64,000 bases of DNA, from assembly GCA_963755125.1 (NCBI GenBank), contig CAVWIP010000018.1:160001-224000 (forward strand), read 5' to 3'. The notes under the pieces were generated by a model. It was not told the origin of the DNA. It made no database searches and was given only the letters and a program-made list of their open reading frames with translations. Position numbers and translations under genes: made by a program. This stretch comes from an uncultured delta proteobacterium (lineage in GTDB: Bacteria > Myxococcota_A > Polyangia > Fen-1088). Shown piece by piece: positions 35,186-47,507 of the stretch; within the stretch, counting starts at the first letter, position 1; each line of letters begins with the position of its first letter.

Positions 35186-36520
35186 CTACTTGCTTCCCAG
35201 CAAACGGGCCTCGACCACCGGCGGATTCGCGAAATCGTTCCACAGGCGCTCGAACAGCTTGCTGTCCGGCTTGCCGTCGAGCACGACGAACCGGTACTTC
35301 AGCTTGAGCGGCTGACCACGGCGAACCGCGATCGGACCGTTCTTGCTGGGCGCGAAACCCATGACCGGCTCCTCGGGATCGATGAAGACGGCCTCGGGCC
35401 GGTTGCTGTTTTGTGGGTGGGACAGGATAGCCACGCCGGCCAGCTTGCCGCTGCTATGTCCTCCCAGATAGCACCAGCGCGCGGGCGCGCCCTGTGCCCC
35501 GGTGCGCGCCTGACCTTCGGACGTCAAGAAGATCGAATGGCCTGCCCCCTGCCAGTCGCGGTTGCCACGCAAGGTGATCCCGCCAAACGGATTCTCACCC
35601 AGCGTGGTCTGAGCGGTCAGGACCTCCTGAAGTGACTCTAGATCCAGCACGGTGTAGGGCGCTCGCGCCGAATCACGAAACGCGGTCACCGACCAGCCTT
35701 CGCGCAAGACAGTGGCGCCCGGGTGGCCGCCGTCGAGGTTGGAGAAAAACTGATGCGAGCCGAACCCGCCACGAAGCGGCCCGCCCCACAGGGGAGCGAC
35801 CGACTCCATGGCTGCGCGGCCTTTCTTGAGGCCGACGTCCCAGAGATCGGGATGGCTGCCTTCGAACTCCACCTTCTGCCAGCCGGACCAGATGCCGTGC
35901 TGATAGAGCCTGTCCTTGGGATAGTCATCGGTGACCACCACGCCCGCTGGCGAATAGATAGGATGAAGATAGCCATTGCGCCAGTACTCGGGCGGGATGT
36001 CCTCGCGCTCGGGCTTGGGCCGGGTCTGATAGGTGAGGATCGGCTTGCCGTCGACGGTCAGCTTGACGCCATCAGGAGCCTGCACGGCCAGCACGCCGCC
36101 TTTCCCCGATGCGGCTTCCGGCTCCCCGTCTTCCGCCAGGTAGGTTGCCTGCGCGCCCGCCTTCAGTGCCTTGACCCGGAACACCACCTGCCCGTCCTCC
36201 TGCGTCTGCGAGGGCACGCGCGCGCCGTTCGGCTCGCGCAGCGACGCGGAATTGATTGGCGGTGTTCCGGGCAACTGGACGCTCACCACGACGTTCTCGC
36301 GCGCCAGCGGACCGGCCTTGACCGCGATCTCCCAGCGCCGATGCAGCCCTGCCGCAGACGCCTCAGGCTGCGGCGAGGGAGGCAGCGGCGAAGTGGTCGC
36401 TGAATTGGTTCGCTGCGCGATCTGCTGCGCAGGGTTCGGCTGTGACGGCTTGGATCGACCGCAGGACGAAACGCACAACACGGCAGGGAGAAATGTCAGG
36501 ACAAGGGTCGAACGAAACAT
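35186..36520 (-). CDS. Lipoprotein of the PF14100 'PmoA'/DUF6807-like family
   Basis: CVSSC lipobox; YLHPIYSPAGVVVTDDYPKDRLYQHGIW, FGGITLRG, GVAILSHPQN, LKYRFVVLDG. Confidence 0.7.
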   Translation of the reverse strand: MFRSTLVLTFLPAVLCVSSCGRSKPSQPNPAQQIAQRTNSATTSPLPPSPQPEASAAGLHRRWEIAVKAGPLARENVVVSVQLPGTPPINSASLREPNGARVPSQTQEDGQVVFRVKALKAGAQATYLAEDGEPEAASGKGGVLAVQAPDGVKLTVDGKPILTYQTRPKPEREDIPPEYWRNGYLHPIYSPAGVVVTDDYPKDRLYQHGIWSGWQKVEFEGSHPDLWDVGLKKGRAAMESVAPLWGGPLRGGFGSHQFFSNLDGGHPGATVLREGWSVTAFRDSARAPYTVLDLESLQEVLTAQTTLGENPFGGITLRGNRDWQGAGHSIFLTSEGQARTGAQGAPARWCYLGGHSSGKLAGVAILSHPQNSNRPEAVFIDPEEPVMGFAPSKNGPIAVRRGQPLKLKYRFVVLDGKPDSKLFERLWNDFANPPVVEARLLGSK

Positions 36521-36576
36521 GGCGCGAAAGCTAACCCAGAGAGAGCGTCTCGGGAAGAGCACAGGCGGGCGCACAG

Positions 36577-37860
36577 TCACTGCCGGCGCACGGCCCGACT
36601 TCTTTGTAGCCGGTACGCCAGCAGCCCTACCGCCAGCGTGGCCAAACCCACGAAACTCTCCCGCGGCCGCTCGGCCACGGTGAAGCCCGTGGCGCCGAAC
36701 ACAAAGGCCAGAAACAGGGCCGGCACCCACGGCCAGCCCGGAACCTCCAGGGCCGGACCTCGCTTGTGTCGCTGCCACACCAGGCCCAGCACAGTGGCCG
36801 CGGTGACCAGGCTCAGGGTGAAGCCGACATAGGTGAGCAAGCTGGCGAAGGCCGCCGTCCACAGGGCCACCAGGGCGATCGCGGTCTGCACGAGGAGCGC
36901 CACCCGCGGGGGCCGGCCCGGCCGCACCGCCAGCACGCGCGGCAGAAAGCCGTCAGCCGCCATGCGCGCCGTGACCTGGGGTCCGGCCATCGCCAGCGAC
37001 GAGATACAGATCGCGAGCACGAAGGCAACCAAACCTGAAACCACCTTGGCTAGCCGCAGCCCGCCCAGGACCAGGGCGGCGATGCGTCCCACATCGACCT
37101 TTCCCGCAAGCAGGGACGCTGGCGCCCCCAGCACAAACACGGCATTCAGCCCAAGGTACAGCACGGTCACCAGGAGGGTTCCTAACACCAGAGCCCGGGG
37201 CAGGTTCTTCTTCGGCTGCGCTACCTCGCCGCCCACGTACACAGCCGCGTTCCATCCCTGGTAACTGTAGGACACGATCACCAGAGCCACGCCCAGGCCC
37301 GCCAGTCGACCGGGCCCTGCCAGGTTGTGCAACCCCTCATGCACCAACTGCCCCATGCCGAATCCGGTGAACAGCGCGATCACCACGATCTCGATGCCCA
37401 CGGCGATGATCTGCGCTCGCGCTCCGGCGGTCAGAGAGACCGCGTGCACGGCTGCCGCAACCAGGATGACCGCCGTTCCCGTCAGGCGGGGCGACGCCAC
37501 AGCAGCGCCTCCGAAGGCGGACACGTACTGCCCGAATGCGTAGGCCAGCGCGCCCATCGGAACAGAGAACCCCACCAGCAGCGAGACCCATCCTGCCAGG
37601 TAGCCGAGCGCCGGGTGCAGCGTGCGCGACAGGAACACGTACTCTCCGCCCGATTCGGGGATGTGCCGGGCGAGAGCGCCGTAGCAGAGAGCGCCCAGCA
37701 AGGCGACCAGGCCGCCCAGCACCCAGACCAGCAGCACCAGCCAGGCCGAACCCAGATCGGCTATCAGCAGACCGCTGGTGGTGAACACACCCGTGCCCAC
37801 CATGTTTGCCACGACCAGGGCGGTTGCGCTGGCCAGCCCGAGTCGTCTTTCGCCGTCCAT
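36577..37860 (-). CDS. APC superfamily amino acid permease
   Basis: VANMVGTGVFTTSG, PESGGEYVFL, YSYQGWNAAVYVGGEV, PGWPWVP; about 12 TM segments. Confidence 0.92.
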   Translation of the reverse strand: MDGERRLGLASATALVVANMVGTGVFTTSGLLIADLGSAWLVLLVWVLGGLVALLGALCYGALARHIPESGGEYVFLSRTLHPALGYLAGWVSLLVGFSVPMGALAYAFGQYVSAFGGAAVASPRLTGTAVILVAAAVHAVSLTAGARAQIIAVGIEIVVIALFTGFGMGQLVHEGLHNLAGPGRLAGLGVALVIVSYSYQGWNAAVYVGGEVAQPKKNLPRALVLGTLLVTVLYLGLNAVFVLGAPASLLAGKVDVGRIAALVLGGLRLAKVVSGLVAFVLAICISSLAMAGPQVTARMAADGFLPRVLAVRPGRPPRVALLVQTAIALVALWTAAFASLLTYVGFTLSLVTAATVLGLVWQRHKRGPALEVPGWPWVPALFLAFVFGATGFTVAERPRESFVGLATLAVGLLAYRLQRSRAVRRQ

Positions 37861-37870
37861 TGCAGTATTG

Positions 37871-38338
37871 CTACTTGCCTTTGCGCTGCAGGGCCAGCAC
37901 CAACTGCGCCCAGGCGTCGCGTTCTTCATCCGACGTGAACGAGATCTCCACGCCCGCCACCAGCGCCTTGCGTTTGCCCCCGGCGTGCTTCTCCACGCGA
38001 AGGACTTTCCCGATGATGTGACGCGCGCGCCGCGCGACGGTGCCGTCCGGCCCAGGCACGGTCAGATTCACCTCGTCGCCGGCCATGACCGGCAGCGAAG
38101 TTTCCAGCAGCATGCCGCCTGCGCCCAGGTTGCGGATGCGCGCTCGCTCATCACCCGGCCTGCCAGCCTCCCGCCCGGATTCACTCCCTGTGGCCAGCGC
38201 CGCGGGCAACCGCACGCTGACGCGTGGGTACCGGCGGCGCTGCGCGGTTTCCACCTTGACCAGTCGTTGCAGCGCCGCCGTGACCGGCGGTCCGTTGGCC
38301 ACGCGCAAGATCGACGTGCGGCCGACGTGACAGCCCAT
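37871..38338 (-). CDS. PilZ domain protein (c-di-GMP receptor candidate)
   Basis: RRRYPR (RxxxR) and NLGAGG ((D/N)xxxxG) motifs, then GVEISF; start uncertain (38302 or 38338). Confidence 0.7.
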   Translation of the reverse strand: MGCHVGRTSILRVANGPPVTAALQRLVKVETAQRRRYPRVSVRLPAALATGSESGREAGRPGDERARIRNLGAGGMLLETSLPVMAGDEVNLTVPGPDGTVARRARHIIGKVLRVEKHAGGKRKALVAGVEISFTSDEERDAWAQLVLALQRKGK

Positions 38339-38662
38339 GCGACTGGTGTAGCGAACCACTGCCGCACGCCCTGCCTCGAGCCCCTCCGGGCACGCCGGGA
38401 GGTCGGGAAAAGTGAAAATCACCTCACTCCGCCGCAGGCTGAAAACGAATCCACACAGAGCCACCGCAGAGCCATCTGGGAGAATTTCTGCCCATTGTCC
38501 GGGGACAAGCTTGGCGTCCAGAGCGATTCTCCTTGGCGGCTGGCAGAGCCTGGGAACCGCTTCAAGGAATCGATTAGGAGCAACGGCGGTCCCTAATTCA
38601 ACATCGGCTTGTTCGCGCCACTACCTGAGGACGATTCCCCCGCCATCACGAAGGCGCGGAAA

Positions 38663-39820
38663 TCACAGGGCGCGCAAGGCGACATCGGCCAACTCCTCGT
38701 CGGAAAGCTGCACCGGGTTGCCGCGCATGCTGCTGGCGGCCTTGGCCTTGACGACCAGGGCGGGGATCTCGCTGGCCGACAAACCGTGGCGGCCGAGGCC
38801 GCGAACCTCAAGCGCCTGGCAGAGATCGCGAACCCAGACCACGCCGGCGTCCGCTTCGGCGCCGTGCCGTCCCGTCACGATCTCGGCGATCTCACGGTAG
38901 CGAGCGCGCGCGGGATGCTCGGGCGCACGCGCGGCCAAAGCCCGCAGGTTCGCTTCCATCACCGGCGCCAGCAAGGCCGCACAGATCGCCCCGTGGGGGA
39001 CGTGCAACATCCCGCCCAGGGGAGCAGCGAAGCCGTGCACGGCGCCCAGGCCTCCATTGGCCAGGCACAGTCCGCCACACAGGCTCGCGAGCATCAGGTC
39101 CTCGCGTGTGTCCACCGGCAGCCCCGAGCTGTATGCCCGACGCAACGCCCGCGCCGAACGCCGCAGCCCTTCCGCGCCCAGCGCATCGGTCAAGGGATTG
39201 GCCCTGCATGAAACCAGTGACTCCAGCAGGTGCGACAGGGCGTCCAGGCCGCTGCACGCCACCACCGATCCAGGCAAGCCTTCCAGCAGATCCGGATCGA
39301 GCACCGTGAGAATGGGAAGCAGGTGCGGACTGCGCAGGCTGACCTTGACCCTGGCAGCCGGAACCCCGATAACCGCGTTGCGGGTCACTTCGGCGCCGCT
39401 GCCGGCCGTCGTAGGGATGGCCACAAAGGGCAACGGCCGCTCCAGCAGAGGCTGCCCACTGCCCACCACCTCTAGATAGTCGAACAGGTCGCCTCGGTTG
39501 GTGGCCAGCGCGGCCACGGCCTTGCCCGTGTCCATGGCGCTGCCCCCACCCATCCCGACCACCGCGTCGCAGCCCTGGCGCCCAATCTGGGCCCGACCAG
39601 CCGACACCGATTCCACCGTGGGCTCGTGGTCCACGGCCAGCACCACCGACTCGATGGCGGCGGCGGCCAGCAACGATCGCAAGCGATCGGCGCCCGGGCC
39701 TGGCAGATTGGTCGCCAGCAAGACGCGGCGCACGCCCTGGGCGCGCAGTGCCGCGGGCACCTCCGCCAGCTTGCCTGAACCAAACAGCAGCCGCGTAGCG
39801 GTCGCGAACTCGAAGCTCAC
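38663..39820 (-). CDS. Iron-containing alcohol dehydrogenase
   Basis: [35 protein letters not shown] metal ligands; GTG overlaps the upstream stop (GTGA). Confidence 0.92.
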   Translation of the reverse strand: MSFEFATATRLLFGSGKLAEVPAALRAQGVRRVLLATNLPGPGADRLRSLLAAAAIESVVLAVDHEPTVESVSAGRAQIGRQGCDAVVGMGGGSAMDTGKAVAALATNRGDLFDYLEVVGSGQPLLERPLPFVAIPTTAGSGAEVTRNAVIGVPAARVKVSLRSPHLLPILTVLDPDLLEGLPGSVVACSGLDALSHLLESLVSCRANPLTDALGAEGLRRSARALRRAYSSGLPVDTREDLMLASLCGGLCLANGGLGAVHGFAAPLGGMLHVPHGAICAALLAPVMEANLRALAARAPEHPARARYREIAEIVTGRHGAEADAGVVWVRDLCQALEVRGLGRHGLSASEIPALVVKAKAASSMRGNPVQLSDEELADVALRAL

Positions 39821-40131
39821 CACGTCGCATCCTCGGTGACGTTGAAATATTTCGTGCTCGTGCGCGGCTGAGCCATCATGGATGCCACCGTGTCGCGCCA
39901 CTTCTGATAGTGAGCGGTTTCCTTGTGCGCGGCCGCACCCGCCGGCCCGTGGTAGACCTCGATGAGCACGAAGTGTGTTGGGTCGTCGATGTCCTGCACG
40001 ACGTCGAAACGGGCCACCCCGGACTCCTTCACGCTCTCCTGGGCATTGGCCAGCGTGGCTAGGCGAAATGGCTCAATCATGTGAGGCTGGACGCGGACCT
40101 GGACGAGCACGACCTGGAGAGTGTTGGGCAT
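39817..40131 (-). CDS. ABM-family (LsrG/YgiN-like) cofactor-independent monooxygenase/isomerase
   Basis: [13 protein letters not shown]...FVLIEVY...[12 protein letters not shown]. Confidence 0.88.
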   Translation of the reverse strand: MPNTLQVVLVQVRVQPHMIEPFRLATLANAQESVKESGVARFDVVQDIDDPTHFVLIEVYHGPAGAAAHKETAHYQKWRDTVASMMAQPRTSTKYFNVTEDATW

Positions 40132-40264
40132 GGCCAGAGAATAGCGCGCCCTTCCTGAAACCGTATCACCAGAACGAGCATCATAAAGATGCCGCAGTTC
40201 ATGGCCAGAGGTTCATTGCTGCGGAGCACAGAGAGGAAGATCCCGTTTGCTAGAAGAGGGACAG

Positions 40265-40603
40265 ATGGAGCTCTCAGGCAAGCAGTGTGTGCCGTGCGAA
40301 GGTGGCGTTCCGACACTCAGCGCCGACAGGGTGGGTGAGTTGCTGCGCGAGATACCCGGCTGGCGGGTGATCGACGACCGCAGCACTTTGAGCAAGGAAT
40401 TTCGCTTTGCCGACTTCGCGGGCACTATGATGTTCGTGAATCAGATGGCTGCCCTGGCCGAAGAGCAAGGTCATCACCCTGACTTTTGCGTCCACTACGA
40501 TAGGCTCGAAGTCAAGCTGACCACGCACGCCATCCACGGACTATCCGAAAACGACTTCATCGTGGCGGCCCAACTGAACGACCTGGCCTCCACCACAAAA
40601 TAA
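40265..40603 (+). CDS. phhB: Pterin-4-alpha-carbinolamine dehydratase
   Basis: CVPCEGG, AEEQGHHPD, THAIHGLSENDFIVAA. Confidence 0.92.
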   Translation: MELSGKQCVPCEGGVPTLSADRVGELLREIPGWRVIDDRSTLSKEFRFADFAGTMMFVNQMAALAEEQGHHPDFCVHYDRLEVKLTTHAIHGLSENDFIVAAQLNDLASTTK

Positions 40604-40668
40604 GGGAGATTAGCCGTGCCCGACACCACAAAAAAATAAGGGAGATTAGCCGTGCCCGACACCACAAA
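40591..40668 (+). repeat. 33/36-bp tandem duplication spanning a stop codon, RBS and start codon
   Basis: caccacaaaataagggagattagccgtgcccga / caccacaaaaaaataagggagattagccgtgcccga / caccacaaa. Confidence 0.92.
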
Positions 40669-40936
40669 TGCGGTAGCTTTGCAAGTGATGGAGACTCAAT
40701 CGTGGCCGACGTCGGCTCTTCCTGTCGAAGACTTGGAGGCTTCGGGCTTTCGACTGGTCGAGGTCAAGGTCTTTAGCGCCACCAAACGCAAAGACCGAGA
40801 CCGCCTCGACGAGGTGGCCACGGCCTGGTTGCAGGACCACCAGAACTTCGACCGTCTGACTGCGCGGGTGACGCTGTCCTCGGACCTGGAATACCACTGC
40901 TTGTCCATCACTTTCATGGGCTGGCAGCGGATCTAG
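40652..40936 (+). CDS. Small conserved hypothetical protein (VKVFSATK...SSDxE(Y/F)HCLSIT family typical of myxobacteria)
   Basis: AAGGGAG RBS before GTG; motif recognised from memory, not from a search. Confidence 0.7.
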   Translation: MPDTTNAVALQVMETQSWPTSALPVEDLEASGFRLVEVKVFSATKRKDRDRLDEVATAWLQDHQNFDRLTARVTLSSDLEYHCLSITFMGWQRI

Positions 40937-41068
40937 TAAGGCGTTGCCTCAAAACAGGGAGGGATCTGTGCCCTGTCGGTTGTGGCGAAGCGGCCGGACT
41001 TGCTCTTGCGCGCAAGGCAGGGCAGGTTAGCGACTTCCTCCCACCCCTAACCGAAGGAAGCCGGTTTC

Positions 41069-41731
41069 GTGCAAGCACTCATCGATCTGTTTGGCAAGAT
41101 CTACAACGTCCAGAAGATCGTCGAGTTGGGTGGGATGTTCGCCCTGGTCGCGGTGGTCTTCGCCGAGACGGGTCTCCTGGTGGGATTCTTCCTGCCCGGC
41201 GATTCGCTGTTGGTGACAGCGGGCGTGTTCTGCACCTCCGCGAACCCGACTCATGCACCCGTGCTCAACATTTTCTGGCTCAACCTGGCCGTCGCCGTCG
41301 CCGCCGTGGCGGGCGATCAAGTGGGCTTCTTCATCGGCCGCAAGACCGGTCCGAAAATCTTCAAACGGGAGAGCTCGCTCTTCTTCAACAAGAAGCACCT
41401 CATCCGCACCCACGAATTCTATGAACGCCACGGTGGCAAGACCATCATCATGGCGCGCTTCATACCCATCATCCGCACCTTCGCCCCGGTGGTGGCCGGC
41501 GTGGGTCAGATGAACTATCGCCGCTTCGTCAGCTACAATGTTTTCGGCGGCGTCGGCTGGGTGCTGAGCATGACCTTGCTCGGCTACGGCCTGGCGAACG
41601 TCTGGCCTGACGTGACCAAGCATATCGACAAGCTGATCATCCTGATCATCTTCCTGTCGCTCCTGCCTGGTATCATCGCCTACGCGAAGAATTATCTGGC
41701 CAACCGAAAAAATGCCCCGAACACCGTCTGA
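41069..41731 (+). CDS. DedA/VTT family membrane protein
   Basis: FAETGLLVGFFLPGDSLL, HGGKTIIMARFIPIIRTFAPVVAG. Confidence 0.93.
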   Translation: MQALIDLFGKIYNVQKIVELGGMFALVAVVFAETGLLVGFFLPGDSLLVTAGVFCTSANPTHAPVLNIFWLNLAVAVAAVAGDQVGFFIGRKTGPKIFKRESSLFFNKKHLIRTHEFYERHGGKTIIMARFIPIIRTFAPVVAGVGQMNYRRFVSYNVFGGVGWVLSMTLLGYGLANVWPDVTKHIDKLIILIIFLSLLPGIIAYAKNYLANRKNAPNTV

Positions 41732-42224
41732 CAAGAAGACCCCCGCGCGCAGGGCACAGCCCGCGGCTGCGCTGCCACGGCCCGCCCGGACGCCGCCACC
41801 GCCGCGGGTGGCGTTCCCCAAGAAAAACCAGCAGCCCACGCCAGCGGCCTTCACCGCGCGCCTGCCGCTGGCCCTGGGCAAGCGCTTCGAGGCGGCGCGC
41901 AGCTTCCTGCTCAAGCAGAAAGAAGTGGTCGAGGACGTCACCTTCTACGGCCCGTCGACCGGATGGGCCTTGCGCTACCTGTGCGGCGGCAAGCATCTCT
42001 GTGCCCTGCTCCTGCACAGTGATCTCCCGGTGGCCATCGTGTCGCTGGACGCAGCGGCCAGCGCGGCGGTGGATTGGCAAGCCCTCTCGCCGGTCGGCCA
42101 GCGCGCGCAGAAGGCGGCGCATGGCAGCCCGTCGCAGCTCTGGCTCGACATTCCGCTGGCTGGCACAGGCACCGCGGACTTCAAGATGATCGTTCGCGCC
42201 AAGCTGGCGACCATGACGACTTGA
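41712..42224 (+). CDS. Hypothetical protein, DUF3788-like
   Basis: FYGPSTGWALRY..GGKHLCAL and C-terminal LWLDIPL...DFKMIVRAK; overlaps the dedA stop. Confidence 0.55.
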   Translation: MPRTPSDKKTPARRAQPAAALPRPARTPPPPRVAFPKKNQQPTPAAFTARLPLALGKRFEAARSFLLKQKEVVEDVTFYGPSTGWALRYLCGGKHLCALLLHSDLPVAIVSLDAAASAAVDWQALSPVGQRAQKAAHGSPSQLWLDIPLAGTGTADFKMIVRAKLATMTT

Positions 42225-42268
42225 GAAACCCGGTCGACAGCGGCGACATCTAATACGGATTAGGTCGA

Positions 42269-44499
<2,231 letters not shown>

Positions 44500-44503
<4 letters not shown>

Positions 44504-46095
44504 ATGGACGGTCGTGCTGGTTGGTGTTAACGGCGCTGCTGCTCTCAGCCGGGATCGCCGGCGCGCAGCCGCCAGGCGAGGCGGGCGATGCACAGGCCAT
44601 GGCGGCGCGGCCTCTCATGGTGGGCGACCTGCCGTTGGGCACCGTGACCGTGCGGGTGGGACGCGGCTCGCTGTCAAATGCCGCGGTGGGGGTCGACGTC
44701 GTGGCCTCAGTGACCGCTCCGGGTGGCACGCCCAGCAAGCGCACCGAGAAGACCAAGTCGGATGGGCGCGCGACCTTCTCCGCGCTGCCGGTCGGTGCCG
44801 AATTTCGCGCCGAAGCCGTGGTCGATGGCGAACGCCTGCAGACCGCGTCCTTCGCCATCCCCGCCGAAGGGGGCACGCGCCTCATGCTGGTCTCCAAGCC
44901 GGACCAAAGCGCAGGGGCAGCCGCGCCGGCGAACCCGCACGCGGGCGCGCACGAACATGGAGGCACGGCCGAGATGGCCGTCGGCGCTCTCACGGGCACG
45001 GTGGCGCCCAGGGATGATCTTGCCGCGGGAACGGTGGAACTCCGCTTGGTCGGCTCCGACAGCGCGCCCATCACAGGCCAGGAGGTGAGGTTGGGCCACA
45101 GCGCCGGCAGGGCCGACGCCTTGGCGTTCGTGGCCAGCAACTCCGACAAGAACGGGCTGGTGCGTTTCCAGAGGCTGGAAACCGGCGGGCTGCACACGTA
45201 TACAGCCATCGTCGACCGCGAGGGCCTGCGGCTGAGCAGCGCAGGCTTTCGCCTGCCCGATGATCACGGCGTCGCCGGTGAGCTACTGGTACCCGGCCAC
45301 ACCAGCGACCCATCGGTCTTGCAGGTGTCCAGCTCGTCGAAGCTGCTGGTGGACCTGCGCGAGGACGCGCTGGTGGTCATGGAGAATCTGGTGCTCAACA
45401 ACACATCCGACCGGATCTTCCGCGCCGGCGCCGGCGGTCTTGCTATCCCGCTTCCGGCAGTGGCCAACAACGTGACCGCCATCGAGGGCGGCGCGCGCCT
45501 GGAACTGGACAACGGCTCGGCCCTGTCTCTGCGGGAAGCAATCCCGCCGGCGAAATCACACGGCATCCCAGTGCAGGCCCGCTTCGGGTTCTTCCTGCCC
45601 ACCGCCGGCGAAGGCAGCATCACCATTCGCCAGCCCGTGCCGCTCGGGATTGACAGCCCGGTGGTCATGGTGCCGGAGGCGGATCACCTGACCCTCACCG
45701 CGCCGGGTCTGCAGGCCCTGGCTCCCCAGACCGACGATCGAGGAGCACGCATGCTGATCTTCCAGCTCGCCAGCGTGCCTCGCAACGGGATCCTCACCAT
45801 CACCGTGTCCGGCCTGCCCGCGCGTTCACGTCTGGGGCAGATCATCGCGACGGCGCTCGTCGCCGCGCTGATCTTCGCGGTGGTACTCGGCTGGCGACGG
45901 CCGAAAGTCGAGAGACGACCGGGAGCCAAAGATCTGGGAAGTCGCCGCGATCGGCTCTTCGCTGAGCTGGCCAACGTGGAACGCGCGCGTCGGGCCGCTG
46001 GACCCGACGATGCGCAGCTCGCCCAGCGGCGGGCTGATCTCGTGGCTGCGCTCGAGGCGGCTGACCGCGCGAGCCCTGCCGCCAAATCTTCGTGA
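44500..46095 (+). CDS. Periplasmic membrane-anchored protein embedded in the ccm operon (two carboxypeptidase-regulatory-like beta domains)
   Basis: ATGA overlap with ccmF; signal peptide; two similar units (GTVTVRV...DGRATFSAL / GTVELRL...NGLVRFQRL); NPHAGAHEHG; C-terminal TM and coiled tail. Confidence 0.7.
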
Positions 46096-46099
46096 AGCC

Positions 46100-46816
46100 A
46101 TGAGCGAGCGTGTGCTACGGCTGATGAACGTCGGCAAGACCTTTGGCCGGCACCGCGCGCTTGCCGATGTCTCGTTGACCTTCGTCCCCGGTCAGGTGGC
46201 AGCGGTTCTGGGCCCCAACGGCGCCGGCAAGTCCACCCTGCTCGGTCTGCTCTCGACGCTGTCGCAACCGTCGCAGGGCCGCATCATGCTGGGCGATGAA
46301 CAACTGTCGCGCCACAGCCCTTTGCGCGCCAGCATCGGCTACGTCGGTCACGAGCCGGGCGTGTACGGAGATCTCTCGGCTCGGCACAACCTGCGCCTGT
46401 TTGCCTCGCTGTACGGAATCGCAAGCGCCGAGCGCCGCATCGACGAGATGCTGGCGCGCGTGGGCCTGGATGCCGTCCGGTGCGAGACGGCTGCACGGAC
46501 CTTCTCGCGCGGGATGTTGCAGAGACTGGCGCTGGCGCGCGCCCTGCTCCACCAGCCCGACATCCTGCTCTTCGACGAGCCAGGGTCCGCGCTCGATCCC
46601 GCGGGCGTCGCGTGGCTGGCAGGCGAGCTGGCTCGCGAGCGCGAAGCCGGCCGCCTGGTGGTGCTGGTGACTCATGACTTGGCGGCGGCCGCTGCCGTGG
46701 CCACGCACGTGGTGGTCCTGCGCCGCGGTCGGGTGGCGAGCGACCAGACACGCGCGAGTTTCTCCCCCGACGAGGTTCGCGCGATCTACGAGGAGGCCAC
46801 CCGTGGCAAGGCCTAA
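46100..46816 (+). CDS. ccmA: Heme exporter ABC ATPase CcmA
   Basis: GPNGAGKST, FSRGMLQR, LLFDEP, VTH; operon context. Confidence 0.9.
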   Translation: MSERVLRLMNVGKTFGRHRALADVSLTFVPGQVAAVLGPNGAGKSTLLGLLSTLSQPSQGRIMLGDEQLSRHSPLRASIGYVGHEPGVYGDLSARHNLRLFASLYGIASAERRIDEMLARVGLDAVRCETAARTFSRGMLQRLALARALLHQPDILLFDEPGSALDPAGVAWLAGELAREREAGRLVVLVTHDLAAAAAVATHVVVLRRGRVASDQTRASFSPDEVRAIYEEATRGKA

Positions 46817-47504
46817 CTGGGCGTCCCAAGCCGCGCGCGTCGCGTGGAAGGATCTGCACATCGAGGGACGCAGCCGCGAGGTGCTCTACACCATGGGCTT
46901 CATGGCAGCCCTGGTGGTGCTGGTGTTCTCCTTCGCTTTCATCTCCGGGCAGGAAGTCACGGTTGGCCCCGACGCGGTCGCCGGCATTCTGTGGGTCGCG
47001 GTGCTGTTCTCGGGCACGGTGGCCCTGTCCCGCATCTTCGACCGCGAACGCGAGAGCGAGGCCATCCGTTCGCTGCTGCTGTCCCCGGTCCCGCGCTCGG
47101 CGATCTATGCGGGCAAGCTGGCAGCCACCGCAGTCATCATGTTCCTGGTGGAATTGTTGCTGACCCCTTTGCTCGCGGCGCTCTTCTCCGCCGCCATCGG
47201 GCCGCACGCGCTCTGGCTGGGACTGCTGCTTTTCCTTGGAACCGTCGGTTTCTGTTCGGTGGGTGTGATCTTCTCCGCCGCGCTTCTGCGCGCCCGCAGC
47301 CGCGACGCGCTTCTAGGCGCCCTGCTCTTTCCCATCGTGATCCCGGTGCTGCTGGCGGCCAGCCGTGCCACGGCCACTCTGCTCGACCCGGCAGCTCCGG
47401 ATCTCGATCCCGCGATGTTCTGGACGCGTTTTCTCGTGGCCCTGGACGTGGTGTTCGTGGTGGTCGGGCTGTGGTCCTTTGAACCAGTCGTGATGGGAGA
47501 GTGA
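46803..47504 (+). CDS. ccmB: Heme exporter permease CcmB
   Basis: WKDLHIEGRSRE, GILWVAVLFSG, FDRERE, LLFPIVIPVL. Confidence 0.9.
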   Translation: MARPNWASQAARVAWKDLHIEGRSREVLYTMGFMAALVVLVFSFAFISGQEVTVGPDAVAGILWVAVLFSGTVALSRIFDRERESEAIRSLLLSPVPRSAIYAGKLAATAVIMFLVELLLTPLLAALFSAAIGPHALWLGLLLFLGTVGFCSVGVIFSAALLRARSRDALLGALLFPIVIPVLLAASRATATLLDPAAPDLDPAMFWTRFLVALDVVFVVVGLWSFEPVVMGE

Positions 47505-47507
47505 GCT

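Noticed and set aside
35186..36520. Methane oxidation implied by the 'PmoA' family name
   Set aside because: Soluble lipoprotein unrelated to the integral-membrane pMMO subunit; no pmoB/pmoC.
38540..38570. GGAACCGCTTC as a LacI-type operator
   Set aside because: Weak palindrome, single instance, no LacI gene in the window.
40591..40668. 33-36 bp direct repeats as a mini-CRISPR
   Set aside because: Copies abut with no spacer and consist of stop, RBS and start sequence.
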